The notes beneath the pieces were generated by a model, which saw only the letters and a list, made by a program, of their open reading frames with translations, searched no databases and was not told the DNA's origin. The position numbers and the translations under genes were made by a program. This document shows, piece by piece, positions 9,985-19,746 of a DNA stretch of 64,000 nt. This stretch comes from Candidatus Micrarchaeota archaeon (GTDB lineage: Archaea; Micrarchaeota; Micrarchaeia; Norongarragalinales; Norongarragalinaceae): assembly GCA_016188965.1 (NCBI GenBank), contig JACPGT010000011.1, forward strand, positions 9,798-73,797. Direction: 5' to 3'. The number at the start of each line of letters is the position of its first letter. The first letter of the stretch is position 1.

Positions 9985-10851
9985 TCAACGCGGGGTCGCG
10001 CCATCAAAATCCACCGCATCCCCATACAACGCCTTCGCCTTCAGACGCAACTGGCATGCAAATTCGGCATTCCGCGTCACCACCATGCGACACGAAGCCT
10101 GCGTCCGACACGCCAACTTATGCGCCAACCACAAACCCCGCGAATCCTCCTCGGCCAAGACGTCGTAGAACGTATCCCACGCCTTCCGCGTGCCCGCCGA
10201 ATGGACCAACTGGAAGACAAAATCCCCACAGACGAACAAATCCGAAACCTTCGACACGGCCCTGACACCGATCTTCGTCTTGAAACCCGACTCCTGCCAC
10301 AGACGCGAAAAATACGCATCCATCACGCCATCATGAGACACCAACGCGTACTGCTCCCCGTCACGGAACACCGACGAAAACAACCCCATCATCCGCCCAT
10401 CCAACACCACCAACGGCCACGCCCGCCGCTGGAAACACGCCGCGTCCAGACGCCCGGAAGCCTTGCGGATTTTCGCCGCCTGTTTCAGCACCCACAAATA
10501 CGGCTCGCACAACACTCCAGACGACTTGGATTCAAACGAGCCGAACTCCTCCAACTCCAGAACCGAGCCCAACCGCCCATACGCATGCGCATCCCCCACT
10601 TCATCCAAAAAACCCGACGCCTCGTGCAACCACTCACCCGACACGGCGTACGAACGGCCCGACTTTTCCAACACCGACTGCCGGCGCAACTGCGACAACG
10701 CCTTATGCACGTACTGGTACGTCACGCCGTACGAGTAATCCCGCACCACGCGCGCATGCAAATCCCGCGCGCTCAACTTCGGCTCACGCGCCAACTGACG
10801 GATCAACTCCGCCTTCAAACCGCCTTCCCGCGTACACACCACCGAAAACAT
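9985..10851 (-). CDS. Winged-HTH putative regulator (paralog 1)
   Basis: LSARDLH...VTYQYVHKALSQL...Y.VS.EW; aligns by eye with 11224-12060. Confidence 0.75.
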   Translation of the reverse strand: MFSVVCTREGGLKAELIRQLAREPKLSARDLHARVVRDYSYGVTYQYVHKALSQLRRQSVLEKSGRSYAVSGEWLHEASGFLDEVGDAHAYGRLGSVLELEEFGSFESKSSGVLCEPYLWVLKQAAKIRKASGRLDAACFQRRAWPLVVLDGRMMGLFSSVFRDGEQYALVSHDGVMDAYFSRLWQESGFKTKIGVRAVSKVSDLFVCGDFVFQLVHSAGTRKAWDTFYDVLAEEDSRGLWLAHKLACRTQASCRMVVTRNAEFACQLRLKAKALYGDAVDFDGATPR

Positions 10852-10909
10852 AAGCTACAGACCCCGAACCGAAACAGCCCAAAAATCAAAACAGATTGAA
10901 ACGACAGGA

Positions 10910-11023
10910 TTACGCGCTGGCCGCGGCCAACGCCTCGTCTTCACGAGCAGCCACGAAATCCGCGCCGGTCTGAACCCGCTTGTCCCGAACAAAAACCCGC
11001 CGAGACTTCTTACGAACCGACAT
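10910..11023 (-). CDS. Small 37-aa ORF
   Basis: MSVRKKSRRVFVRDKRV... preceded by GGAGG. Confidence 0.35.
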   Translation of the reverse strand: MSVRKKSRRVFVRDKRVQTGADFVAAREDEALAAASA

Positions 11024-11135
11024 ACGCGCCTTCCTCCAAAAACCACGAAACACGTGCGCAGCCCCCAAAAACGAAAACCAACGCGCGCAGTAACCCACCC
11101 GCACGCCATCCGATAAAAAACGTTGGTTGAAAACC

Positions 11136-11155
11136 AATCAACCGAATGGTTGATT
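11136..11155. promoter_or_regulatory. Perfect palindrome, candidate operator
   Basis: AATCAACC-gaat-GGTTGATT between the two wHTH genes. Confidence 0.55.
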
Positions 11156-11223
11156 TACAAAATGAGGTTTGGGAAAATAGCTAGAAACACGAGGAAATTT
11201 AAGCAAAATGGACTGCCAACAAC

Positions 11224-12060
11224 CTACTTGAAATACTGCAAGGTTTCAGCGCGAATCTCATCGGCAAGTTGCTTGTTTTGAGTAATAATAACTTGCACAT
11301 TTCCTTTTAGACCAAAAACGCAAGAATAGAGGCTTGCGAAATCGATTCGTCCGGTGGCGCTTGAGCGAAAAACAGAGTCAATTCCGTTACGCACAGGCGG
11401 CGATAAAAAAATTTGAACGATATTGTCACGCGTCACAAGAAGATCGCAGTGCGTTGCACAAGGTACGCCAAATTGAACTTTAGCGTTCAAATCTTTCCAG
11501 AAGTCGACAAGAACCAGGTCCAAAGGCGTAGATTGATTGCAAAGCCCATACTGAGTACCGACAGACATCATCCGCCTTACTTGGTCGAACTCTTTTTTTG
11601 AAACACACATGACGGGCCATGCGTGATACCAATGCGCAATAGCCAAATCAGACTCACGGTTTGACTGACGGTCTCTATCCATGTTATCCAATAAAGAATA
11701 CAACGCATCCATGTAAGAATCAAAGGACAGGGTTGTGGAGGTAGCGTTTTTTATCTCACCAAAGTCTAAAGCCGCCCGTCCCGAACGTCGGGCCTCCATC
11801 TTTGAAACAAACGCGTTCAACTCGGAAAGCCACCTGGAGTTAACGGAATACCTGTTTGACTCCGCGTCCAAAATTCCCTGCGCCACCATGGAACGAAGAG
11901 CTTTATGAACGCCTTGATACGTTATTTTCGAACCGTAATCTAGCTTAATCGATTGAAAAACAGATTTTGCAGAAAGATGTTCTTCACGAGACAAAGTCGT
12001 AATAATCAAATCTTTAATCTCAGAAGACGATGAAGAATAAGGGGGAAGTTTAGGCATCAT
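11224..12060 (-). CDS. Winged-HTH putative regulator (paralog 2)
   Basis: IKDLIITTLSREEHLSAK...ITYQGVHKALRSM...YSVNSRW. Confidence 0.78.
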   Translation of the reverse strand: MMPKLPPYSSSSSEIKDLIITTLSREEHLSAKSVFQSIKLDYGSKITYQGVHKALRSMVAQGILDAESNRYSVNSRWLSELNAFVSKMEARRSGRAALDFGEIKNATSTTLSFDSYMDALYSLLDNMDRDRQSNRESDLAIAHWYHAWPVMCVSKKEFDQVRRMMSVGTQYGLCNQSTPLDLVLVDFWKDLNAKVQFGVPCATHCDLLVTRDNIVQIFLSPPVRNGIDSVFRSSATGRIDFASLYSCVFGLKGNVQVIITQNKQLADEIRAETLQYFK

Positions 12061-12271
12061 TTTTTACTGGGAACCAAATCGAAGTAAGATTTCGCTTCTT
12101 TTCTTAGCTAATCGACTCTTTCTGATTTCAAGATAAAGAGCTTGGACAGACGAAAACGGCAAAACAGTAAAAGTAGAAATGAATGCGTTTTTGAGATTAA
12201 AACGAAGACAAAACATCTAATCCGCCCGAAATATCGTTCCAAGAAACATTACTGCTAAACACTGCTACCGT

Positions 12272-12965
12272 TTAGAAAATATAAACATTTAGTTGATTAG
12301 GGAGCGTCCAATAAATCATTGAATTAAAAAGGCGTGCGAGCGTTCGCACGTTGTGGGCGACGGCCCACAACATGCACGCGATGGTGCGCGTGCCTTTCTT
12401 TTGCTCTTCAACAGTGGAATGGTACCGTTTGGCGAAGCCACCAAATGGCGATTCCACTCGTCCACGCAACTTCTTGTACAACTCATCGTCGTATTCTTTC
12501 AGAACGCGGCCTCGCAGGCCGCGGTTCCACTCACAAGTAGAGCGTTGGCGCATGCAAACGCGCCAACGCTTCTTGTACGCTAAACGATAGAGTTTGAACG
12601 CGTCGTAGCCTTTGTCGGCCAAAAGCAATGACGGCGGCACGTCGGAACGCATGAATTCGTACCCGACGAGCACGTCGGGCACGTTGCCGTCCGTGATTTT
12701 GACTTTCGCAAACCAAACCGCGTGAGCGTTTTTCGAGTATTCTTCAAGGGCATGCAGCTTCAAATACGGTCGGTACTCGCCAGCTCTTTTGAAGCCAAAT
12801 GCCCGCACACTCACGCCCGTCGAGTCCAAAATAGCGCAGTCGGGTTTGAATTCCCGACGCAACCGTTCCGCCGTGCTGGAAATCAGGTTCTGCACCCACC
12901 ATTTTTCCAGCTTTTGGAACGCCCAATTCGAACACGAACACGGCAACTAGATTATCAACAGAGCC
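12272..12965 (-). mobile_element. IS5-family element remnant with N-terminally truncated DDE transposase
   Basis: ILDSTG, KLH, LLADKGYD, RGRVESPFG motifs; higher GC than the flanks; ends GGGAGCGTCCAATAAATC (12300) and GGCTCTGTTGATAATC (minus strand, 12965) resemble IS903-type termini. Confidence 0.8.
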
Positions 12966-13011
12966 GGACAAATGCACCATATTAATACGGGGTAAAACAG
13001 ATAGAAAAGTA

Positions 13012-13896
13012 ATGGAACGATTTTTTTCCACTCACTTAAAGAACAGTAAGATTTCAAGCCTAATTGAAATAGGCAGGCCATGGAATGGAATCGTTACTGG
13101 CCTACTAGGAGTCCTAGGGGTAGTATTAGCAATCGGAGGAACCATGCCGATTGAACAGACTAGCCTGATATTCTTAACATTTCTCACAGCGTATTTAGGC
13201 GGAGCAATTGTTAACGACATTTTCGACACCGATGTCGATAGAGTGAATATGCCATACCGGCCAATAATGCAAGGACGAGTGACGGTAAAAGAGGCAAGCG
13301 TAGTTTCGGGAATTTTACACATAATGAGCTTGGCAATAGCGTTTATTGTAGACCCTAAATTATTCGGATTTACAATATTATTTCTAATTTTGAGTTTGTG
13401 TTATTCAATGCCGCCAATATATTTTGTCAGGCGTGGAGCCTTAGCACAAATAAGCCTGGCATTGATTACGTCAGTAATACCCATATACGCTGGGGCCGCA
13501 GTGGCAACAAAAAATATTGAACTTCCGACATTAACCATCATGCAAATAGCGGCATTCTCCGCACTATTCGCATTCATATTTTTACTGAAGGATTTCAAAG
13601 ACTTGGAAGGGGATTTAGAAGGCAAAAAAATGACGGTGGCACTTCTTGCAGGGCCAGAATTAACAAAGAAAATTACAATTATTGGAACAATAGTGTTCTT
13701 TTTGGCAAGTCTAATATTGTTCAATCAAAAAATAAACTCGGCCTGGTTCATTGGCGCCGGCATAACCACATTACTAGCATTGATTATGACCGAGAGTGAG
13801 ATTATCAAATATCCGGAAAAAATGTTCGGACAGGCAAGATTGTTATTACTCACATACGTGGTGTTGATCTTCTTAGGACTACAGCACATCATCTAG
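13012..13896 (+). CDS. UbiA-family prenyltransferase (DGGGP synthase-like)
   Basis: RPWN, NDIFDTDVDRVNMPYRPIMQGR, KDFKDLEGD, multiple TM segments. Confidence 0.88.
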   Translation: MERFFSTHLKNSKISSLIEIGRPWNGIVTGLLGVLGVVLAIGGTMPIEQTSLIFLTFLTAYLGGAIVNDIFDTDVDRVNMPYRPIMQGRVTVKEASVVSGILHIMSLAIAFIVDPKLFGFTILFLILSLCYSMPPIYFVRRGALAQISLALITSVIPIYAGAAVATKNIELPTLTIMQIAAFSALFAFIFLLKDFKDLEGDLEGKKMTVALLAGPELTKKITIIGTIVFFLASLILFNQKINSAWFIGAGITTLLALIMTESEIIKYPEKMFGQARLLLLTYVVLIFLGLQHII

Positions 13897-13897
13897 C

Positions 13898-15157
13898 CTA
13901 AAGTTTTTCCTTCACTAACAGATTTTTGCCCGTAGATAAAACGTACTTTAGCCACCAACCGGCAAACAAAACGGTGACTAATGCTGATAAAACAATTGCC
14001 ACAAAAAACTTCTCACTGATAATACCAGATTCAAATGCGATTGTTGCGACAACAATCCCAAGCGCTCCACGGGCATTTAATGCAACAGACAAATTAAACG
14101 AAGAAAGCCACGAAAAACCCAAAATTCTTGAAGTTAGTAGTACAGAAACGCCCTGAATCAATGAAGAAGCAAGCAAAAAGTAGACAAACAGGGAAAAGTC
14201 CAAGCTTGCGATTAAATCAATCTTCAGACCAACAAGAGCAAAATAGATTGGGACAAAAAAAGCGAAAGAAAATTCTCGGATATGCATCATGGCATTCTGA
14301 ATTACAGGTAAAGAAAACGCACCCAAAAATACTCCGGCCAACATTGCGCCAAAAATAAGATTAATGTTAAGATAATAGGTTAAAACAACAAAAAATAGTA
14401 CGAAAATTAGGACAAAATTTAGAGTCAGAGTGGGCGAAAAATCAGAGGAAGGCTTTTTGCGCACTAATTCATTAAGTCGTGTAGATAAGAAAATCACTAC
14501 AAATAATATTAGAATCGTGAGAATGAATTGTAAATAAATGGAATCCGAAGCTAAAGTAGAGGAGTTAGTTAATTGCGTAGCGATTGCAAGTAAAACCCAG
14601 ACAAGAATATCGTGAACAGAAGCTACACTTAAAACGATACTTGAAAATCTAGTTTTAATTATTCCCAAATCAAAGAAAATTTTGGAAATTACCGGTATAG
14701 AGGTAATGGCAATAGCAGCGGCAACAACAATTCTAAATGCGTCTAAATTTGTATCGGAACCAATTAACTCAGAAACATCCACTAAGCCCAGACCAAACCA
14801 GCCAATAATCAAAGGTAACAAAGTCGAAGTAACTACCAAAGCCAAAACAGGTAAATGATCGTCCTTTGAAAAGTTGTTTCGAATCTCAGACCCAGAAACA
14901 AAAATAAGAAAAATAAGGCCAATCCAATAAAACAAAAATAAAAAGTCAGTTGCGGGAAGAAAAGAGGTTTTAAAAAAATCAGGGAAAAATTGCCGGAAAA
15001 GACTAGAACCAAGAATAAGCCCGCCGAAAATTTCACCAAAAACACTGGGTAAACCCATTCTCCTAAATAACACGCCAAAAAAAAATGCAAAAACCATTAA
15101 CAAAAGTAATGAAACAAAGAAGAATGGAAACCCCAAAGTTTCATTAAAAGAGAGCAT
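13898..15157 (-). CDS. Cation:proton antiporter (CPA2/Kef-like)
   Basis: PSVFGEIFGGLILG, ITSIPVISKI, FFVPIYFALVG, LNARG; ~12 TM. Confidence 0.9.
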   Translation of the reverse strand: MLSFNETLGFPFFFVSLLLLMVFAFFFGVLFRRMGLPSVFGEIFGGLILGSSLFRQFFPDFFKTSFLPATDFLFLFYWIGLIFLIFVSGSEIRNNFSKDDHLPVLALVVTSTLLPLIIGWFGLGLVDVSELIGSDTNLDAFRIVVAAAIAITSIPVISKIFFDLGIIKTRFSSIVLSVASVHDILVWVLLAIATQLTNSSTLASDSIYLQFILTILILFVVIFLSTRLNELVRKKPSSDFSPTLTLNFVLIFVLFFVVLTYYLNINLIFGAMLAGVFLGAFSLPVIQNAMMHIREFSFAFFVPIYFALVGLKIDLIASLDFSLFVYFLLASSLIQGVSVLLTSRILGFSWLSSFNLSVALNARGALGIVVATIAFESGIISEKFFVAIVLSALVTVLFAGWWLKYVLSTGKNLLVKEKL

Positions 15158-15169
15158 GTTTTTTCCTAA

Positions 15170-15859
15170 TTACACGGGCGGCTTAGGGGAAGAAGCGGTT
15201 AACGACGAATCATTACTTAATTTTAGATACCAATCGGAATCAATCCCTAGTTCCTTGAGAAGAGCCATCTGTTTTGGAATAATATAGTCCAAATCAATTT
15301 GAGACCGTACGAAATCAGGCTTAACCATTTTAGATAAATTCTCATTTGAAGCGCTAATAAACTGACATTGAGTTCGAGTCTCAGCACAGCACTCAAACTC
15401 AATGCAATTCATTATTCGTTCGTGTACTACCGTACTTCCACCGGCATTCATTCCCCTCAAAAGATGATCAACTAAACCCGAACCTTTAGGATACTGCAAA
15501 GCAAAAGGATTGGAAAAAACGTTGTACTTAGCAAAACCGGGGTAGAATTCAACGGTTTTGAAGTCGCCAAATCCAATCATTGCTGCAATTTCCATGACAA
15601 CTTTGTAACGTTCTTCGAATTTCTTTAAATTGAACGCATCAGCAAGGCGTTTGGTAAATGTATACCCGAAAACCCAACCTTCAAAGTATAAGTCGTTTAA
15701 AGATTCGGGACCATGACGAGTTGCGTCGTCATTCATTTGCTTCAGGGTCCGCATTGACAGAATCGCCATAGGCGAACCCAATAAATCTATTTCGCCTTGT
15801 TTGAATTGAAAATTGCCTGAAACTAAGAGTTTGGTCACAAACCCGTAAAGACCAATCAT
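15170..15859 (-). CDS. V4R-domain protein
   Basis: GFG...NPFA...DHLLRGMNAG...CIEFECCAETRTQCQF pattern typical of V4R. Confidence 0.75.
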   Translation of the reverse strand: MIGLYGFVTKLLVSGNFQFKQGEIDLLGSPMAILSMRTLKQMNDDATRHGPESLNDLYFEGWVFGYTFTKRLADAFNLKKFEERYKVVMEIAAMIGFGDFKTVEFYPGFAKYNVFSNPFALQYPKGSGLVDHLLRGMNAGGSTVVHERIMNCIEFECCAETRTQCQFISASNENLSKMVKPDFVRSQIDLDYIIPKQMALLKELGIDSDWYLKLSNDSSLTASSPKPPV

Positions 15860-15865
15860 GAAAAA

Positions 15866-16627
15866 TCACTTCATCATGATGGACATTCCTTCGGCGGTAA
15901 TTAAAAAGCCATCCTTAGAAATTCCGAAGGGAAAAAAGCCCTTCTTTTGACTTGTCCACCGCATTTTCCTTATCTGGAGATTTCTAGAATTTTCTCCACC
16001 GAGACCAAGATAGTACATGGAAATAATACCATCACACATGAATTCACTAATTCCATCACTGCTTAAGAGACTAGACTCATCAGGAACATCGGTGATAAGC
16101 AAACTAGTCGTATTTTTCAAGTTTTTTAACGCACTGATAAAATAATGGATGAGCATCCTTCGGATTGACTCTTCGGAAATACTAGTAGTAGGTTGTTTCT
16201 GAGTGATGAGGCCAACTAAGCGGTCGGCATTACGTAGCATTGCGGGATAATTTTGTAAAGCAGTGAGTGAGTCAATTACTAAGCGAACTGAACCCGCGCC
16301 TTTGGGGATAATTTCTTTTATCAAATCGAAAATGTTCTGCTCGGCCAAGATATCTACGTGGCGTACTATCAACTTACCAGACTTTAGATGTTTTATTAAA
16401 TCCCAAGAAAAACCGTCAACTTGGGATAAGATATCCGCTTCACTTTGTTCAAAGGAGAGGAATACGCCATATTCGCCAGCCTCACAACCGCGATAAAGAG
16501 TCTCGAGACAAAAAATAGTCTTCCCAGTACCAGGAGATCCTGAAATCAAAATTACCGAGCCCTTTGGTAAACCACCTTCGACTAGCTCATCGAAGCCAGG
16601 TACGCCAGTAGGTATTCGCTCAACCAA
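15866..16627 (-). CDS. KaiC/RAD55-like ATPase (single domain)
   Basis: RIPTGVPGFDELVEGG, GSPGTGKT, VIDSL, IRKMR. Confidence 0.9.
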   Translation of the reverse strand: MVERIPTGVPGFDELVEGGLPKGSVILISGSPGTGKTIFCLETLYRGCEAGEYGVFLSFEQSEADILSQVDGFSWDLIKHLKSGKLIVRHVDILAEQNIFDLIKEIIPKGAGSVRLVIDSLTALQNYPAMLRNADRLVGLITQKQPTTSISEESIRRMLIHYFISALKNLKNTTSLLITDVPDESSLLSSDGISEFMCDGIISMYYLGLGGENSRNLQIRKMRWTSQKKGFFPFGISKDGFLITAEGMSIMMK

Positions 16628-16632
16628 TTCAA

Positions 16633-17385
16633 CTACCTGAACACATCTTCGACTTTCTTTACAACAAAGCCGTTTTCTGTGATTGCAGAAGGGTGGATGG
16701 CACCGCTGTGGTTGGTTCCACGCATTTTTCTTATGTAAACAGTCCGGTCTGCTTTCGAACTAGTGCCAATAAGGCCAAACAAAAGTACACCATCCGCAAT
16801 GTACTCCTCTACTCCGTATTTTGAGAAAATCATTTGCCCTTGTCCGGTGGGTTGTTCGGGTAGTTCCGTGGTGATGATGGAGGTCATGCCGGATTTGCTT
16901 AAGACTTGGCTTAGGCGGAGGATGATTTTGCGGATTTCGTGTTCGTCGTTGAGTTGGAAGCCGAGGGCGGGGATGGAGTCGATGACGAGGCGTTTGGCGC
17001 CGATTCGGCGGGCGACGGTCAAGACTTCCGTCAGGACGCGGTTGATGTCCAACTGGGTGGGCTGTAAGGCGTTTTGTTCGGTGGAGGGAGTGCCGGCGCG
17101 GGCGGAGGCGCCGTCGATCATGGCAAATGAGTTGTGGGATTCGAGTTCTTGGAGGTTCCAGCCGAAGCGCAGCATGTCGGAGCGGATGTTTTCGGGGGCT
17201 TCGTCGAAGGTGACGAAGACGCCGGGCTCGTTGCACTGCGTAATGCCGTGGTACAAGTACTGCATGGAAAAAATGCTTTTGCCGGTGCCGCAGGCGCCTG
17301 CCACCAAAATGGTGCGGTTTCGGGGGAAGCCGCCTTCAATCAGGTCGTCTAGGCCGTGGATGCCGGTGGTGGCGCGTTCTACCAT
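16633..17385 (-). CDS. KaiC/RAD55-like ATPase (single domain)
   Basis: TGIHGLDDLIEGGFP, GACGTGKS, VIDSI, YGVEEYIADG, IRKMRGTNH. Confidence 0.92.
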   Translation of the reverse strand: MVERATTGIHGLDDLIEGGFPRNRTILVAGACGTGKSIFSMQYLYHGITQCNEPGVFVTFDEAPENIRSDMLRFGWNLQELESHNSFAMIDGASARAGTPSTEQNALQPTQLDINRVLTEVLTVARRIGAKRLVIDSIPALGFQLNDEHEIRKIILRLSQVLSKSGMTSIITTELPEQPTGQGQMIFSKYGVEEYIADGVLLFGLIGTSSKADRTVYIRKMRGTNHSGAIHPSAITENGFVVKKVEDVFR

Positions 17386-17592
17386 ACGGCTTTTAGAACG
17401 CAGACCGGTCGCTTAAAGGTTGTGGTGGCGTAACGGGGGAAGCTGCACAAAAAGCCGGTCGGCGGGGTGTGAAAAGAAAGGCAAACACATCCAGGCGGTC
17501 AAGAAAGAAGGCCGGAATAGACTCAACAAATTCGGAAATATTATATATTACTTTAAAGAAACAAGTGTTAATCAAAAGAAACAGGGGTAAGG

Positions 17593-18186
17593 ATGCGGTT
17601 TCACAACGTTTGGGAAGAGCTGTTTTCCAGCAAGGAAAAAATCCGGCTTTACGGGTTATTCCTGCGATTTCCCGAAAAGGCATTCTCTGGTAGGGAAAGC
17701 GCGCGGATGGCGGAGATTTCGGCGCCGGGGGCGTGGCGGATTTTGAAGCTTTTTGAATCCCACGGCCTCATCACCCGGGTCAGGACAGGTAAGACTGATG
17801 CCTGGAAGCTCCAACCCGAACACGTGCTCGCACTGGTGCTACGTGACGCATTGCTTATTGAAAAAACATTGGTTCCGAAAATAGGCCAGTTCATCCAGGA
17901 CCAGTGCCAGGGCGTTCAGATCGAAAAAATCACGTTGTTCGGGTCGGTCGCAAAAGGATTGGAGCGGCCGGACAGCGACATCGACGTCCTCATCGTAGTT
18001 GCTGCGGAAGAAGACAAGCAAAAAACCATCGGTTGTTTGGCCGACGCGGGTCTGAAGCCCTACGCGTTATTCGGCAACCGCCTGGCGCCCATCGTCCTGA
18101 CCGGCGAGGAATACCGGAAAAAGAAGGAAACGGAATTCCATAAGAAGATCCAAAAAGAAGGCATAATTCTCTATGAACGAGGTTGA
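17593..18186 (+). CDS. HTH + minimal nucleotidyltransferase (MNT) antitoxin
   Basis: N-terminal HTH; LFGSVAKG...DSDIDVLIV. Confidence 0.85.
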   Translation: MRFHNVWEELFSSKEKIRLYGLFLRFPEKAFSGRESARMAEISAPGAWRILKLFESHGLITRVRTGKTDAWKLQPEHVLALVLRDALLIEKTLVPKIGQFIQDQCQGVQIEKITLFGSVAKGLERPDSDIDVLIVVAAEEDKQKTIGCLADAGLKPYALFGNRLAPIVLTGEEYRKKKETEFHKKIQKEGIILYERG

Positions 18187-18593
18187 ATCCGATGCGTGAA
18201 ACGCCGACCAGGCCCGTGGAGAAGCATAAGCACGCCGCGTTCCTCAACAAAGCCCACGAGTTTTACGATGAAATGAAGCATGCGGAGAGCGAACGGAATT
18301 GGTCCGCGGCTTCCTTGAACGGGATCCATTGCATGATTTCAACCGCTGACGCCTTATGCACGTATTATCTGGGCAAGCGTTCCGCTGGCTTCAAGCATGA
18401 AGACGCGGCGTGGCTCGTTGGACAAACCGGGCTTCCCAACTGCACGGAAAAAGCCAAGCAGTTCCTGGACGTCATCCGGTTGAAGAATCTCGTAGAGTAC
18501 GAAGCAGATGAGCCCACCGAAAATCAAGCACTGCAAATCGTAAAGCAAGTCACCCGTTTTTACGAATGGGCCGTACAGCAGATCAACCGGTAA
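18183..18593 (+). CDS. HEPN-domain protein
   Basis: Helical protein overlapping the MNT stop; HEDA and KNLVEY motifs. Confidence 0.8.
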   Translation: MNPMRETPTRPVEKHKHAAFLNKAHEFYDEMKHAESERNWSAASLNGIHCMISTADALCTYYLGKRSAGFKHEDAAWLVGQTGLPNCTEKAKQFLDVIRLKNLVEYEADEPTENQALQIVKQVTRFYEWAVQQINR

Positions 18594-18682
18594 CGGATTT
18601 CAAATCAAACCATTACGCCCTTTGCACCCAAGCGAACCGAGGGTTTGCCGTGGTTTGGAAAGCAGCGTTGGAAAAACGAGGG

Positions 18683-19105
18683 CTAGATTCCGAGCCGTGC
18701 GCGGGCGGTTTTGGTCGTCAGGATGGGTATTCCTTCGAAGGAGCGGAGTTTGAGCAGATGCTCGTCGCCCGAGATGATGTAGTCGGCGTTGGCGGCTTGG
18801 GCGCATTCCAGCACGCGGTTGTCCGAAGGGTCTTGTTGGATGAGGTCCACGGTTTGGCGGGGGTGGACGAATACGGCCATGGATTCAAGTTTTTCAGCAT
18901 AATGAGCTGGATCCGAAACGAATGGCCGCAGTTTCTCATAGGACAGCACGCGGACGAATTCGGAAAGCAAAGCAGGTGAGCAAAAAAGGACGGCGTTTCG
19001 TTCCAGTACGGCGGATAGGAGTCGGTATTCGTTTCCGCGCCAAAGAAAGCCGGAGACCAAGGTATTGGTGTCGCAGACGATTTTGGAAGTCGAAATGCCA
19101 ATCAC
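18683..19105 (-). CDS. PIN-domain toxin (VapC-like)
   Basis: DTNTLVSG, DPSDNRVLECA, ADYIISGDEHLL. Confidence 0.9.
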   Translation of the reverse strand: MIGISTSKIVCDTNTLVSGFLWRGNEYRLLSAVLERNAVLFCSPALLSEFVRVLSYEKLRPFVSDPAHYAEKLESMAVFVHPRQTVDLIQQDPSDNRVLECAQAANADYIISGDEHLLKLRSFEGIPILTTKTARARLGI

Positions 19106-19386
19106 CCGCGCCTTGTCTTTTCTATCGCTTCCTGGACTAGACGGTGGAGGTCGTCTTCGTTTACGAAGCCGGCGGCGCGGAGCTTGCGCTCGCCTTGTTC
19201 GACCAGTTTTTCAAGCTCGTTCTGGGAGAATTTAGGCAACTGGATTTTCTTGAGCACGATGGTGTCGCCGCGGCCGTACACGATGAATTCCGTGCCGGCG
19301 TGCGCCTCGACGGCTTCGCGTACGGCGCGGGGTACGACGACTTGGCCTTTGGACGACATGGTGACGACGTTTGCGGTGCCGGACAT
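19102..19386 (-). CDS. AbrB/MazE-family antitoxin
   Basis: TMSSKGQVVVPRAVRE...IVLKK. Confidence 0.85.
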   Translation of the reverse strand: MSGTANVVTMSSKGQVVVPRAVREAVEAHAGTEFIVYGRGDTIVLKKIQLPKFSQNELEKLVEQGERKLRAAGFVNEDDLHRLVQEAIEKTRRG

Positions 19387-19746
19387 TGAACCACCCGATA
19401 AAAGTAAGACGGACTTACTTAATAATGGCGGATGGTTCGGAGAAGAAAGTCGAAGCGAATCGTTCGAGTCCATTGGTTCAACCGAGTTTGTGCGAAGCGG
19501 CGCCGTTGGCCTTCAGAACCGAGCTTTTCCGGGTTTTTTCAAGGAGGAAGGCAAAAACGCTCCTGAAAACGAGGCCCGGATCAGCTTTCGGCGGGGCCGA
19601 AGACCGCAAAGCGCCGCTTCGGTAAAGGCGGTCGCAAAAGCAGGTTTTAGGCGTTAGGTAGAGAAAAGTTCAACCGGAACCGCAGAAAACGGAATGGGGG
19701 AAAACCGAGCCAAAGTGCTTTAAGGCGGTTTTGCGTGGTCTTGCTC

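Noticed and set aside
15866-17385. Circadian clock
   Set aside because: Single-domain KaiC-like ATPases with no kaiA/kaiB in the window
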